Below the pieces are notes generated by a model that was not told the origin of the DNA, searched no databases, and saw only the letters and a program-made list of their open reading frames with translations. DNA of 64,000 nt from Anaerolineae bacterium (lineage in GTDB: Bacteria > Chloroflexota > Anaerolineae > Aggregatilineales > UBA3940): the NCBI GenBank assembly GCA_034435015.1, contig DAOTYH010000052.1, forward strand, positions 2,835-66,834. Direction: 5' to 3'. The position numbers and the translations under genes were made by a program. This document shows positions 25,765-34,785 of the stretch, in pieces (within the stretch, counting starts at the first letter, position 1; each line of letters begins with the position of its first letter).

Positions 25765-26532
25765 ATGGCCGCAGGGAGTCACCCCTCAGACCGGACTCGG
25801 TTGTATATTTTCATCACGCGGTTGATGCTTGTGCTGACCGCACTGATGGCCTGCCTGGTGGTGGTGCTGGCAGTCACGTTGCCGCGTTCCCGCCCTCAAC
25901 AGCAGGCTGTCGGCCCCACACCGACGCTGTTTGTTCTGCCCAGCCTGACTCCTTCTGACACGCCCACCGCAACCGATACGCCGACCCGGACGCCCCTGCC
26001 TAGTGTCACGCCGACTCGTACACCGACCCTAACCCGCACTCCCACCCTGACCCGTACACCCCGTCCAACCCTGACGCCAACCAACACGGCTACGCCTACA
26101 GCTACCCTGACTCCGACCCCCACCCGCACGCTGACGCCTACCCCCACGGCGACACGCGCCCCCTATGACTACGTTTTGCGCGGAGGGACGGTTAACTTTA
26201 TGCAGTCCCTCTATGCCGCCAACCCCGGTATCGGGTGTAACTGGGCCGGGCTGGCAGGGCTGATCTACAGCTTGGGCGGGAGTCCCCGGCAGGGGATTGT
26301 GGTACATGTCACCGGCACGAATTTCGACCGGCGCGTTACATCGGGCAGTGCGCCTGCCTATGGGCCAAGCGGCTGGGAAGTGGCTGTCGGCAACAGCCCC
26401 TCAAGCGGGGTGTTCCGTGTTCAGCTTGAGGATGCCAGCGGAAGACTGCTCTCGGACGTGGTCAGCGTCCAAATGCGGGCTAACTGTAACGAGAACCTGG
26501 CCGTCTTGGTCTTTGACCAGATTCAGGAGTGA
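25765..26532 (+). CDS. membrane-anchored protein: TM, Pro/Thr linker, C-terminal Cys-containing domain of about 115 aa
   Basis: AGGAG RBS. One TM ([20 protein letters not shown]) and a 70-aa (T/P)-rich linker. The C-terminal domain is paralogous to that of 27004..27777 (..[28 protein letters not shown]). Confidence 0.6.
   Translation: MAAGSHPSDRTRLYIFITRLMLVLTALMACLVVVLAVTLPRSRPQQQAVGPTPTLFVLPSLTPSDTPTATDTPTRTPLPSVTPTRTPTLTRTPTLTRTPRPTLTPTNTATPTATLTPTPTRTLTPTPTATRAPYDYVLRGGTVNFMQSLYAANPGIGCNWAGLAGLIYSLGGSPRQGIVVHVTGTNFDRRVTSGSAPAYGPSGWEVAVGNSPSSGVFRVQLEDASGRLLSDVVSVQMRANCNENLAVLVFDQIQE
25941..26160 (+). repeat. coding low-complexity ACN/CCN (Thr-Pro) repeat tract
   Basis: Encodes [49 protein letters not shown]. 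Degenerate short-period repeats at DNA level. Confidence 0.8.
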
Positions 26533-26978
26533 GCATCATGGAGCCTTCTGAGCGCAGGCAGATCAATGTCTATGACGTGATCAGTATAGGGATGGTCATA
26601 CTGGCTGGCATCGTTGCCTGCGTGGTCGTGGTGCTGGCCCTCACAGCCCCGCGCTCTGCCCGGCAGGCCGGCGGCGAGCCGACTGTGTTTGTGCTTCCGA
26701 CCTTTACGCCGACGCTGGAAGGGCCGACCGCCAACCCAACCTGGACACCTTCCCCGACGGCGACGGGTACCAGCACGCCCCGCCCGACCAACACGCCGAC
26801 CATCACGCCTACTTTTACACCGACCATGACCTCAACTGCCACCCTGACTCCTACTCCCACGAATACTTCTACACCAACCTCCACGCCGACGGCTACCTTG
26901 ACGCCGACGGCTACTCCTATTCCGACCAATACGCCCATCCCGACCGCCACCAAGAAACCCGGCAGTACTGTCCCATAA
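26529..26978 (+). CDS. membrane-anchored Pro/Thr-linker protein lacking a C-terminal globular domain
   Basis: The start overlaps the upstream stop. The TM ([17 protein letters not shown]) and juxtamembrane segment ([11 protein letters not shown]) are paralogous to those of the flanking genes. The rest is about 90 aa of T/P-rich sequence. Confidence 0.5.
   Translation: MSIMEPSERRQINVYDVISIGMVILAGIVACVVVVLALTAPRSARQAGGEPTVFVLPTFTPTLEGPTANPTWTPSPTATGTSTPRPTNTPTITPTFTPTMTSTATLTPTPTNTSTPTSTPTATLTPTATPIPTNTPIPTATKKPGSTVP
26698..26952 (+). repeat. coding low-complexity Thr-Pro repeat tract
   Basis: Encodes [75 protein letters not shown]. Confidence 0.8.
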
Positions 26979-27003
26979 ACCATGCCTGTATATTGAGGCC
27001 CTC

Positions 27004-27777
27004 ATGAGCAACTTTGACCTGTTTGATGAATACGAGCCGGAACAGCCCGCTACGTTAGAGGAGGAGAAGCCGTCCCGCCAAGGAGATGCAGGAGGCGGAT
27101 GTCAAGCTGTATTCTACAACCTTGTTTCGATCTTCTTCCTGCTGGCAACGGCGGTAGTCTGCGGGGCAACCATCCTGCTGATCCAAAACCCGACCCTGCC
27201 CTTCAATCCTTTCCCGCCGGCAACCCTCGCCCCGACGCCCACCCTGTTTGATCTGGATGTGATGGCGCAGTCTCTGGCGACTATTGTGCCTCCCTCCGCC
27301 ACCCCGACTGATATTCCGGCTACACCCACTCCTCTCAGGCGGGCAACCGGGACGCCTGCCGCCACCGCTACCGGCGGAGCCGCCCTCTCTATGACCGGCT
27401 TGCCGTCCGAGTTCCCGTTTGTGTTACAAGATGATGCCGTCACCTATACCCAGCACCCTGAAGGATGTACGGGGTTGTGGCTTGTTGGTCAGTTGTTTGA
27501 TATGAACGGCGGCCCGTTTCCCGGCACAATCTATATCTCAGTCAGAGGCGAGAATTTTGAACAGCTTGTGTTCTCCGGCACTGCCCCCCAATGGGGCGAG
27601 TCGGCCTACGAAGTCTCTTTGAACTCGACCCCCATCGAAGCCGAGTTTGAACTGCGCCTGCTGGCCGCAACCGGTATGCCTCTCTCTGAGCCGATCATTG
27701 TGCGGACGCTTTCTTCATGCGAGAGCAATGTGGCTGTGGCTAACTTCATTCAAGTACGCGGCCTGACCACGCCCTAA
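27004..27777 (+). CDS. membrane-anchored protein: TM, Pro/Thr/Ala linker, C-terminal domain paralogous to 25765..26532
   Basis: TM LVSIFFLLATAVVCGATILLI. The C-terminal domain (..GCTGLWLVGQLF..NFEQLVFSGTAPQWG..C.SNVAVANFIQ) aligns by eye with the first gene of the trio, including both Cys. Confidence 0.6.
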   Translation: MSNFDLFDEYEPEQPATLEEEKPSRQGDAGGGCQAVFYNLVSIFFLLATAVVCGATILLIQNPTLPFNPFPPATLAPTPTLFDLDVMAQSLATIVPPSATPTDIPATPTPLRRATGTPAATATGGAALSMTGLPSEFPFVLQDDAVTYTQHPEGCTGLWLVGQLFDMNGGPFPGTIYISVRGENFEQLVFSGTAPQWGESAYEVSLNSTPIEAEFELRLLAATGMPLSEPIIVRTLSSCESNVAVANFIQVRGLTTP

Positions 27778-27844
27778 CCGGCCATGAGAGGTCCCGGCGG
27801 GCGTCATGATCGCTCACTGTCCTGAGACCCTGTTCTCATAACTG

Positions 27845-28669
27845 GTGCGGATGGGTACTCTATACATCGTTCCCACACCGATTGGCAATCTGGAGGACAT
27901 TACTCTGCGGGCCTTGCGTGTCCTGCGTGAGGTTGCGCTGATTGCCGCTGAGGACACCCGTACTACCGGCGGCCTGCTCCGCCATTATCAGATTAAAACA
28001 CCCCTCACCAGCTACCATGAGCATAACAAACTGACCAAGCTTGATGTCATCCTGTCCGCGTTGCAGAGCGGCGATGTCGCGTTAGTATCAGATGCCGGCA
28101 CACCCGGCCTGTCCGATCCCGGTTATGAGCTGATTCGGGCTGTGATTGAGCGGGGCTTTCCGATTGTGCCGTTGCCCGGCCCTACCGCCTTGATCCCTGC
28201 ATTGGTTTCGTCCGGCCTGCCGGCTGACAGCTTCGTCTATCTGGGATTCCTGCCCCGCCGCACGCCGGCCCGGCGGGCGTTGCTGGAATCGGTGCGCCAT
28301 GAGCCGCGCACTTTGGCGCTGTATGAGGCTCCTCATCGCCTGCTGGAGACGCTTGCCGATTTGCGTACCGTATTAGGACCGCGGCAGATAACTGTCGCAC
28401 GTGAGTTGACCAAGCTCCATGAGGAAATATGGCGCGGCACGCTGGATGAGGCACTGGCTTATTTCGGCAGGGGCACGCCGCGCGGTGAGATCACGCTTAT
28501 CATTGCGGGTGCTTCGCCTGCCATGCCGGAAGCTTGGTCGGAAGAGAGGGTACGTGCGGCGCTGGCTGAACGTCTTGCGCGCGGCGAGCCGCGCAGTTCC
28601 GCCGCCAGCGCGGTGGCCGCTGAGTCCGGCTGGCCCCGCCGGCGTGTGTATGATCTGAAAGTAGACTAA
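27845..28669 (+). CDS. rsmI: 16S rRNA (cytidine1402-2'-O)-methyltransferase
   Basis: LYIVPTPIGNLEDITLRALRVL, AEDTR, SDAGTPGLSDPG and YEAPHR. This is the tetrapyrrole-methylase-fold RsmI signature. Confidence 0.85.
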   Translation: MRMGTLYIVPTPIGNLEDITLRALRVLREVALIAAEDTRTTGGLLRHYQIKTPLTSYHEHNKLTKLDVILSALQSGDVALVSDAGTPGLSDPGYELIRAVIERGFPIVPLPGPTALIPALVSSGLPADSFVYLGFLPRRTPARRALLESVRHEPRTLALYEAPHRLLETLADLRTVLGPRQITVARELTKLHEEIWRGTLDEALAYFGRGTPRGEITLIIAGASPAMPEAWSEERVRAALAERLARGEPRSSAASAVAAESGWPRRRVYDLKVD

Positions 28670-28741
28670 TCGTGCAGATTTTGGGTGCGTGGTCTTTACA
28701 GCCCCGTGCAGATATGATAATATAGTGGTGGCCCTGATCCC

Positions 28742-28779
28742 ACGAACTTAGCATCATGCTCAGTTCGTCTTATTTTTAT
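28742..28779 (+). terminator. intrinsic-terminator-like hairpin 1 in the rsmI-greA spacer
   Basis: ACGAACT, 13-nt loop, AGTTCGT, followed by CTTATTTTTA. Confidence 0.4.
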
Positions 28780-28795
28780 CTGAATCTGCCCATCA

Positions 28796-28827
28796 TGACC
28801 CGCTGAATCTGGCCGGGTCAGGTTTTT
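28796..28827 (+). terminator. intrinsic-terminator-like hairpin 2 in the rsmI-greA spacer
   Basis: TGACCCG, 11-nt loop, CGGGTCA, followed by GGTTTTTA. Confidence 0.4.
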
Positions 28828-28858
28828 AAGTCATATTTGGCGCTTTTTCGCCCGTTTT

Positions 28859-28884
28859 GATCGCCCGGTGGGGCGGTCTTTTTT
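28859..28884 (+). terminator. intrinsic-terminator-like hairpin 3, 29 nt upstream of the greA ATG
   Basis: GATCGCCC, loop GGTG, GGGCGGTC (8 bp, one G-U), immediately followed by TTTTTT. This is the strongest terminator signature in the window. Confidence 0.55.
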
Positions 28885-28912
28885 AGTCTGTTCGGGTAAG
28901 GACGTTGAAGGG

Positions 28913-29401
28913 ATGTCTGATCAAATTGTTCATCTGACGAAGGAAGGTTTCGAGAAGTTTGAGATCGAACTGAACTATCTTCGGACGGTACGCCGCAGTG
29001 AGGTGGCCGAGCGGCTGCGTCAGGCCCTCGAAGAGGGAGGCGACCTGGTTGAAAACGCCGAATACGAGGATGCCAAGAACGAGCAGTCCTTCGTTGAGGG
29101 GCGTATCCAGTATCTGGAGGGACTGCTGAACCGCGCCCGCATCATTGATGAGGCAGAGCTGGCCGCCGCCAATCTTGACACGGTGCGCCTCAACAGCATT
29201 GTCACGATTCAAGAGCCGGGCGGTGAACCAGAGACCTTCCGTATCGTTGGCCCTGCCGAGGCCGATCCGCGCCAGCATCGGATCAGCGATGCATCACCGC
29301 TTGGCAAGGCACTGCTTGGTAAGCGGGTTGGTGAGACGGTAACGGTCAACGCGCCGGATGGTACATTTGAATACCTCATCTTAGCCATTGACAGTGACTA
29401 G
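28913..29401 (+). CDS. greA: transcription elongation factor GreA
   Basis: LTKEGFEKFEIELNYLRTVRRSEVAERL, then the acidic tip ..EGGDLVENAEYEDAK.., then the C-terminal globular domain ..SPLGKALLGKRVGETV... The ORF track begins at GTG 28868, which would run through the terminator hairpin. Confidence 0.85.
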   Translation: MSDQIVHLTKEGFEKFEIELNYLRTVRRSEVAERLRQALEEGGDLVENAEYEDAKNEQSFVEGRIQYLEGLLNRARIIDEAELAAANLDTVRLNSIVTIQEPGGEPETFRIVGPAEADPRQHRISDASPLGKALLGKRVGETVTVNAPDGTFEYLILAIDSD

Positions 29402-29428
29402 GACTCACTCTCTTAAGGAAGATAGCCT

Positions 29429-30952
29429 GTGTGGCAACCCAGTGAACTCGAAAAACAGCGGCTGGAAAAACTGAACCGCATTAAGGCGCGGGGCATTGAG
29501 CCGTATCCTCTGCGTGTCGAGCGGACTCATACCATTGCTGAAGCTGTCACTGCCTTCCAGAAGGCGGAAGCAACCGCTTCAGGGGATCAGCCTGAGCCGG
29601 TGCCGGTGACTGTCTGCGGGCGGATTGTGTCTCACCGCCCGCAGGGAAAATCCTCATGGGCGCACATCGAGGACGGCTCCGGGCGTGTCCAGATATGGGT
29701 CAAGCAGGACTTAGTCGGCCCGGAGGCACAAGCTCTCTTTAATGACGACCTTGACCTGTTTGACTTTATTCAGGCCCAGGGAACAATGATGCGCACCAAG
29801 CGCGGTGAGATAACCGTGCTGGTTACGTCTTATAAGTTGCTGGCTAAGTCTCTCAGCCCCCTGCCGGTGGTCAAGGAACGCCGGCTCGAAGACGGCACGG
29901 TTGAGCGTTACGGCGGTTTCACCGATCCGGAGGAACGCTATCGTCAGCGCTATGCTGATCTGGCTGTTAACCCCGATGTGCGCGAGATATTTGTGACACG
30001 TGCCCGTGCTGTGAGGGCCGTCAGGCAGTTTCTGGACAGCGAGGGGTTTTTGGAGGTTGAAACGCCGATTCTTCAGCCGATTTACGGGGGGGCCGCGGCG
30101 CGGCCCTTTGTCACTCATCACAATCAGCTTAAGCAGGACCTGTACCTGCGCATCAGCTTCGAGCTGTACCTGAAGCGCCTGCTGGTGGGGATGTATGACG
30201 CAGTCTACGAGATCGGGCGTGACTTCCGCAATGAGGGGGTCTCCCGCAAGCACAACCCGGAGTTCACGCAGGTTGAGTTCTACAAGGCCTACATTGACTA
30301 CTTCGGCGTGATGGACATCACGGAGCGTCTGATTGCCTATGTAGCTCAGGAGGTCAAAGGAAGTACCACGATCACCTATCAGGGGCATACGATTGATCTG
30401 CGCCCCCCTTGGCGGCGGGTCACCCTGCGGGATGCGATCCGCGAAGCCGCTGGTATAGATTACGTCCAGTATCCAGATGCTCAGTCATTGGCGGGACGTA
30501 TGCGTGAGCTAGGGAAACAGCCGGCCCCAGACAGCACATGGGGGAAGCTGGTTGACTCACTGCTCAGCACCGAGGTAGAGCCAAACCTGATCCAGCCGAC
30601 GTTCATCATGGACTATCCGCGTGACATCAGCCCGCTGGCCAAGATGAAACCCGATGACCCGACCCACGTCGAGCGGTTTGAGTTCTTCATTGCCGGTGTG
30701 GAGATGGGCAATGCCTTCACCGAGTTGAATGATCCGCTTGATCAAGAACAGCGCTTTCTGGAGATGGGACGCCTCTACGGCGAGGACAGCGAAGAAGGAC
30801 ATCCGGTGGATGAGGACTACCTGCGTGCCATGCGGTACGGTATGCCTCCCTGCGGCGGTTGGGGCATGGGCGTTGATCGGCTGGTTATGCTCCTGACCGA
30901 CCGGCCCAACATCCGCGAGGTATTGCTGTTCCCGCATCTGCGTACCGAATAG
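29429..30952 (+). CDS. lysS: lysine--tRNA ligase, class II
   Basis: N-terminal OB anticodon-binding part (..VCGRIVSHRPQGKSSWAHIEDGSGRVQIW..). Class II motifs ..FLEVETPIL.., ..YEIGRDFRNEG.., ..GMPPCGGWGMGVDRLVMLL... Confidence 0.92.
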   Translation: MWQPSELEKQRLEKLNRIKARGIEPYPLRVERTHTIAEAVTAFQKAEATASGDQPEPVPVTVCGRIVSHRPQGKSSWAHIEDGSGRVQIWVKQDLVGPEAQALFNDDLDLFDFIQAQGTMMRTKRGEITVLVTSYKLLAKSLSPLPVVKERRLEDGTVERYGGFTDPEERYRQRYADLAVNPDVREIFVTRARAVRAVRQFLDSEGFLEVETPILQPIYGGAAARPFVTHHNQLKQDLYLRISFELYLKRLLVGMYDAVYEIGRDFRNEGVSRKHNPEFTQVEFYKAYIDYFGVMDITERLIAYVAQEVKGSTTITYQGHTIDLRPPWRRVTLRDAIREAAGIDYVQYPDAQSLAGRMRELGKQPAPDSTWGKLVDSLLSTEVEPNLIQPTFIMDYPRDISPLAKMKPDDPTHVERFEFFIAGVEMGNAFTELNDPLDQEQRFLEMGRLYGEDSEEGHPVDEDYLRAMRYGMPPCGGWGMGVDRLVMLLTDRPNIREVLLFPHLRTE

Positions 30953-30985
30953 ACCCAGAAGAAGGCTTCCGCTTCATTGGCATAT

Positions 30986-31010
30986 AGCACGCCTCAAAGC
31001 GTGCTTTTTT
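30986..31010 (+). terminator. intrinsic terminator after lysS
   Basis: AGCACGC, loop CTCAAA, GCGTGCT, followed by TTTTTT, about 35 nt after the lysS stop. Confidence 0.55.
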
Positions 31011-31085
31011 GTCTCCTAAGTCGGTATACTTAGTGTAGTTCAGAATGGGTATTTTTTTTCACAAGCCATGAAGGAGTAAACCTCG

Positions 31086-31538
31086 ATGAGACGTTATCTG
31101 TTAGCCGCGTTTGTATTGATCGGTGTAACAGCGCTGGCGCTGGCAGGTTGCGCAACCAGCACACCGGCTTCCGGCTCGACGATTGTGGTCGAGGATGTGT
31201 GGGCGCGCCCCTCGCCGATGATGGCAGGGAACGGAGCGGCGTACATGGTGATTCGGAACACGGGCGGGACAAATGATGCGTTGATCGGTGCGGCCAGCGA
31301 TGTTGCCGAAACAGTTGAGTTGCACGAGACAACAATGGAAGGCAGTATGGCCGGTATGCATCATGTCGAGGCGATCCCGGTGCCAGCCGGCGGAAGTGTC
31401 ACCCTCGAACCGGGGGGCTATCATGTCATGCTGATCGGGTTGAAGCAGGAGCTTCAGGCCGGCCAGATGATCACCCTCACATTGACCTTTGAGAAGGCGG
31501 GGCAAATCACGGTACAAGCAGAAGTCCGTGAGGAATAA
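31086..31538 (+). CDS. copper chaperone PCu(A)C (DUF461) lipoprotein
   Basis: Lipobox LALAGCAT. His/Met copper motif ..VELHETTMEGSMAGMHHV... Size is about 150 aa. Confidence 0.7.
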   Translation: MRRYLLAAFVLIGVTALALAGCATSTPASGSTIVVEDVWARPSPMMAGNGAAYMVIRNTGGTNDALIGAASDVAETVELHETTMEGSMAGMHHVEAIPVPAGGSVTLEPGGYHVMLIGLKQELQAGQMITLTLTFEKAGQITVQAEVREE

Positions 31539-31545
31539 AAAAGGC

Positions 31546-31575
31546 AGGGAGTGGCCGGATGGTCACTCCCTTTTA
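31546..31575. terminator. bidirectional hairpin between convergent genes
   Basis: AGGGAGTG, 10-nt loop, CACTCCCT, flanked by AAAAAA on the left and TTTTATTT on the right. Confidence 0.5.
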
Positions 31576-31576
31576 T

Positions 31577-32212
31577 TTATGGACGAGCGATGCCCCACAC
31601 ATGGGGGCTGACAATGGCCGGGAAGCCGGCCTCAAAGGCGTTGATCTGGACCTCACTGAAGCCCGCCGTTTGGATGGCTGTGCCGGTGTCGCGCGTCAGG
31701 TGGCACCCCTCCCCGACCAGCTTCCAGGCGGGGTTAATCAGGTGTTGCAGGCGGTAAACAAATGTCTGGGGCGGTGCGGCCACATGTTCCAGAAACAGGA
31801 ACATCCCCTGCGGGCGCAGTACCCGCCTGATCTCGGCCAGCACACGGGCCTGATCCCTGACTGAGCACAATACATGGGTCGCTACCACCGTATCGAAAGC
31901 ATGATCAGGAAAAGGAAGCTGTTCGCCGTACCCCTCGACGATCAGGGTACATTTTGCGCCATGGGTCCGGCAGGCCTGCTTGAGATAGGCGATCATATAC
32001 GGGTTTGGCTCCAGCAAGGTCAGGGATACCCCGCGGGGGTACAGCGGCAGGTTGCCGCCGTCGCCAGCGCCGATCTCCAGCACGTCCCCGCGTGCCTGAC
32101 TGAGCAGCGGCACACGAATGTCTCGGCTGAGCGGATCGCTCAGGTCCGGCCTTCCTCTGCCGTTGAGCAGGTTATGATACATCCATGCGAACAGGCGCTT
32201 GTATATGCCCAA
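31577..32212 (-). CDS. class I SAM-dependent methyltransferase
   Basis: Motif I VLEIGAGDGGNL, an acidic post-I LLEPN, and ..FDTVVATHVLCSV.. / LRPQGMFLFLEH, typical of the Methyltransf_11-type fold. Confidence 0.75.
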   Translation of the reverse strand: MGIYKRLFAWMYHNLLNGRGRPDLSDPLSRDIRVPLLSQARGDVLEIGAGDGGNLPLYPRGVSLTLLEPNPYMIAYLKQACRTHGAKCTLIVEGYGEQLPFPDHAFDTVVATHVLCSVRDQARVLAEIRRVLRPQGMFLFLEHVAAPPQTFVYRLQHLINPAWKLVGEGCHLTRDTGTAIQTAGFSEVQINAFEAGFPAIVSPHVWGIARP

Positions 32213-32246
32213 GTCGAGCCGTCCTAGTTGAGGGAATGTTTCCCTC

Positions 32247-32921
32247 TTAGTCTATGTCCGCTGTCTCTATCTGGGCCTTCCCGTCTTCTTTGGCCATGCC
32301 GTGTGTGATGTGGCGATAGACATAGTAAGCGAAGCCCGCCGCCAAAACGATCAAGATCGGGATGTCAAAGGGGCGCATGATAGCCCTCAGCTCTTCCCAG
32401 CGCGACCCAAAGAACCAGCCGCCTAGTGCCAGTCCGCCGCACCAGATGACCGATCCGAGGAACGAGAGGAGTGTGAAGCGCCAGAACCTAATACGGGTTA
32501 CTCCTGCAGGGAAGGAGATAAAGGTACGCACAATCGGGAGCAAGCGCGACAGAAAGGCTGTCCAGTCGCCCCAGCGGGCAAACCAGCGGTCAGCCCGTTC
32601 AAGGTCTTTGTGGCTGATCATGATATATTTGCCGTACTTTGTGACGAGCGGGCGTCCTCCATAGTACCCCAGCGCGTAGTTGATCACACTGCCAATGGTG
32701 CACCCGACACCGCCCCACAGCCCGCCGAGCAGGAGGGCCTGCCACCATGTCCCGCCGCGGGCCTGTACCAGCAGCCAGCCTGCCAGCGGCATGGTCACCT
32801 CAGAGGGAATCGGGATGTTGGCGCTTTCCAGCGTCATGATCACAACCACACCAGCCCAGTCAATGGTCTGGAATAGATTAGTCAAAAACTCGATAATGGC
32901 TTGTTCCCATGCGTGCGGCAT
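32247..32921 (-). CDS. DedA (SNARE-associated/VTT) family membrane protein
   Basis: ESANIPIPSEVTMPLAGW.. and ..LSRLLPIVRTFISFPAG.. are characteristic DedA re-entrant-loop motifs. Size is about 220 aa. Confidence 0.8.
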   Translation of the reverse strand: MPHAWEQAIIEFLTNLFQTIDWAGVVVIMTLESANIPIPSEVTMPLAGWLLVQARGGTWWQALLLGGLWGGVGCTIGSVINYALGYYGGRPLVTKYGKYIMISHKDLERADRWFARWGDWTAFLSRLLPIVRTFISFPAGVTRIRFWRFTLLSFLGSVIWCGGLALGGWFFGSRWEELRAIMRPFDIPILIVLAAGFAYYVYRHITHGMAKEDGKAQIETADID

Positions 32922-33085
32922 TTGAAAGCATTCTCCTGAAGTTGATCTCGCGCCAGAAACTGGAGTCTGGCACGGGCAAACGTGGGGCAGAGTATAACAA
33001 GAAGGGGCTGAATCTTACACCTTTTCAACCTGTATTGGCTTAAAATGGCTGGGGGAGAGGGCGACACCCAATAGGGGGAACACAA

Positions 33086-33106
33086 CGGGGGTCGTTCAGA
33101 CCCCCG
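33086..33106 (-). terminator. hairpin downstream of the SPFH gene
   Basis: CGGGGGTC, loop GTTCA, GACCCCCG: 8-bp GC-rich perfect stem. The U-run on the minus strand is weak (TTGTGTT). Confidence 0.3.
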
Positions 33107-33142
33107 CTGGTTCAAGAAAAGGACAGTCTATCCGCCGCCTGC

Positions 33143-33937
33143 CTATTGGCCGTCGGTGCGCTTGGCGATGCTTCGCGCCATCTCAGAGAAGGCAGTAAAC
33201 ACATCAATGGGGACAGGGAAGATGATCGTGCTGTTCTTCTCGGCGGCGATCTCAGTCAGTGTCTGCAGGTAACGCAGTTGGATAGCGGCAGGCTCTTGGG
33301 CGAGGGTCTCAGCCGCCTCGCGCAACTGCTGGGAGGCCTGATACTCGCCTTCGGCGTGGATGATCTTGGCTCGCTTCTCGCGCTCGGATTCGGCCTGACG
33401 GGCCATAGCCCTCTGCATCGTCTGGGGCAGTTCAACATCCTTGACCTCAACGAGGCTGACCTTGACACCCCACGGCTCAGTGGCCTCGTCAATGATCTGG
33501 GCAAGCCGGTCGTTGATACGGTCGCGGTGGGCCAGCAGTTCGTCAAGGTCGGCCAGACCGATGACGCTCCGCAGGCTGGTCTGGGAGATCTGCCAAGTGG
33601 CACGCCGGTAGTCCTCAACTTGGACGACCGCTTTCTCAGGGTCAATCACACGAAAATAGGCCACCGCGTTCACCTTAACGGTTACGTTGTCATGGGTAAT
33701 GGCCTCTTGGGTAGGGACGTCGAGGGTGACGGTACGCAGGTCAATCTTGACCATGCGGTCAATGATGGGGATGATGAAGAACAGGCCGGGGCCTTTTGCT
33801 CCAACGAGGCGGCCCAGACGAAAGACCACCCCGCGCTCGTATTCCTGAACAACACGCACTGCCGACGCAAGCAGTGCCACGATGACAACGATAGCGGCGA
33901 CAACAATACAGACTAGCAGGCCAAAGATGTTGCCCAT
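33143..33937 (-). CDS. SPFH/Band-7 (stomatin/slipin-like) membrane protein
   Basis: N-terminal TM, ..[15 protein letters not shown].., ..IDLRT..LDVP.Q..ITKDN-like core, and a C-terminal coiled region [15 protein letters not shown]. Confidence 0.85.
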   Translation of the reverse strand: MGNIFGLLVCIVVAAIVVIVALLASAVRVVQEYERGVVFRLGRLVGAKGPGLFFIIPIIDRMVKIDLRTVTLDVPTQEAITHDNVTVKVNAVAYFRVIDPEKAVVQVEDYRRATWQISQTSLRSVIGLADLDELLAHRDRINDRLAQIIDEATEPWGVKVSLVEVKDVELPQTMQRAMARQAESEREKRAKIIHAEGEYQASQQLREAAETLAQEPAAIQLRYLQTLTEIAAEKNSTIIFPVPIDVFTAFSEMARSIAKRTDGQ

Positions 33938-34024
33938 AGGCGCTCCCTCTCTACGCTAGAAAACGAACCCAAATCGGCACGCAGTCGCACATACCTAATT
34001 ATAGCCGAAAACCGACGGTTCGGG

Positions 34025-34741
34025 CTACAAATCTCGGCGGCGGTAGCAAAGCCGGAAAGTCAAGACAGCTAGTATAAATGCCTCAAGCAGACTGCCGCCA
34101 AAGACCAGCACAAAGGCGTCTATCCAGAACTGCTCCGGGAAGAGACGGATGAGCGTGTCAGAGGTAGGGAAAATCCAGCTATCGCCGACAAAGAAGAGGG
34201 CGTGGAATTGGGTGAACAACCAATCAAAGGACGAAGCGACTGCTGCCAGCCCCAGAAGGATCAGGGCGATAGTCAAGAGACTGCCCCAGAACACAGCACG
34301 GAAGAGGGTGGGGCGTGCGGGAGGGCTGGCCGCCATCAGCGCGGCGCTCAGCGTATAGACCGCCAGTAACCCCAGCCCAAACCGTATCAGCCCCTGCGTG
34401 ACGGCCTTAACATCGTCCATGTGCGAGAGGGCACGCTCGCTGTAGAGCGGAGAGCCGTCCGGGAAGGTCTGCTCAGCGAGGAACTCGATCCCCGCGTCGT
34501 TGAACAGGTAGGCAAGGGCCAGCGGTGCATAGGTGAGCCGATCTTCGCGGGTAAAGCCGTAAGGGTCGGGCGGGAAGTTGGGGCGGTTATACTCCCAGCG
34601 GAGGTAAGCATTGCTCATCATCAGGCGGGCATTGATCAAGATCAGGAGTATGGGCAAAGTCGCCGTCAGGATGACGTGCAAGGCAACCTCCAGCCAGCGG
34701 GGGAGGGAAAAGGGCGGCAACAGATGAGACGAGTGGGTCAT
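34025..34741 (-). CDS. TIGR01906/DUF1461-family integral membrane protein
   Basis: Topology of one TM, an extracytoplasmic segment of about 70 aa, then three TMs. The motif ..ERALSHMDDVK.. is what I associate with DUF1461, the family reported to include lipoprotein intramolecular transacylase Lit. Assigned from memory of the motif only. Confidence 0.5.
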   Translation of the reverse strand: MTHSSHLLPPFSLPRWLEVALHVILTATLPILLILINARLMMSNAYLRWEYNRPNFPPDPYGFTREDRLTYAPLALAYLFNDAGIEFLAEQTFPDGSPLYSERALSHMDDVKAVTQGLIRFGLGLLAVYTLSAALMAASPPARPTLFRAVFWGSLLTIALILLGLAAVASSFDWLFTQFHALFFVGDSWIFPTSDTLIRLFPEQFWIDAFVLVFGGSLLEAFILAVLTFRLCYRRRDL

Positions 34742-34785
34742 ATTGTTTCGCTCCCAATAGCTTATGAGAATGATCCTTCTGGAAA

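Noticed and set aside
25896-26983. Minus-strand ORFs encoding GVGV/RVGV repeats (25896-26147, 26570-26983)
   Set aside because: They are the reverse complement of the ACN-CCN (Thr-Pro) coding tracts. The plus-strand frames have an RBS, TM anchors and paralogous domains.
33146-33916. 256-aa plus-strand ORF overlapping the SPFH gene
   Set aside because: The minus-strand frame has the clear stomatin/Band-7 signature and an N-terminal TM. The plus frame is Asp/Gly/Leu-rich with no motifs.
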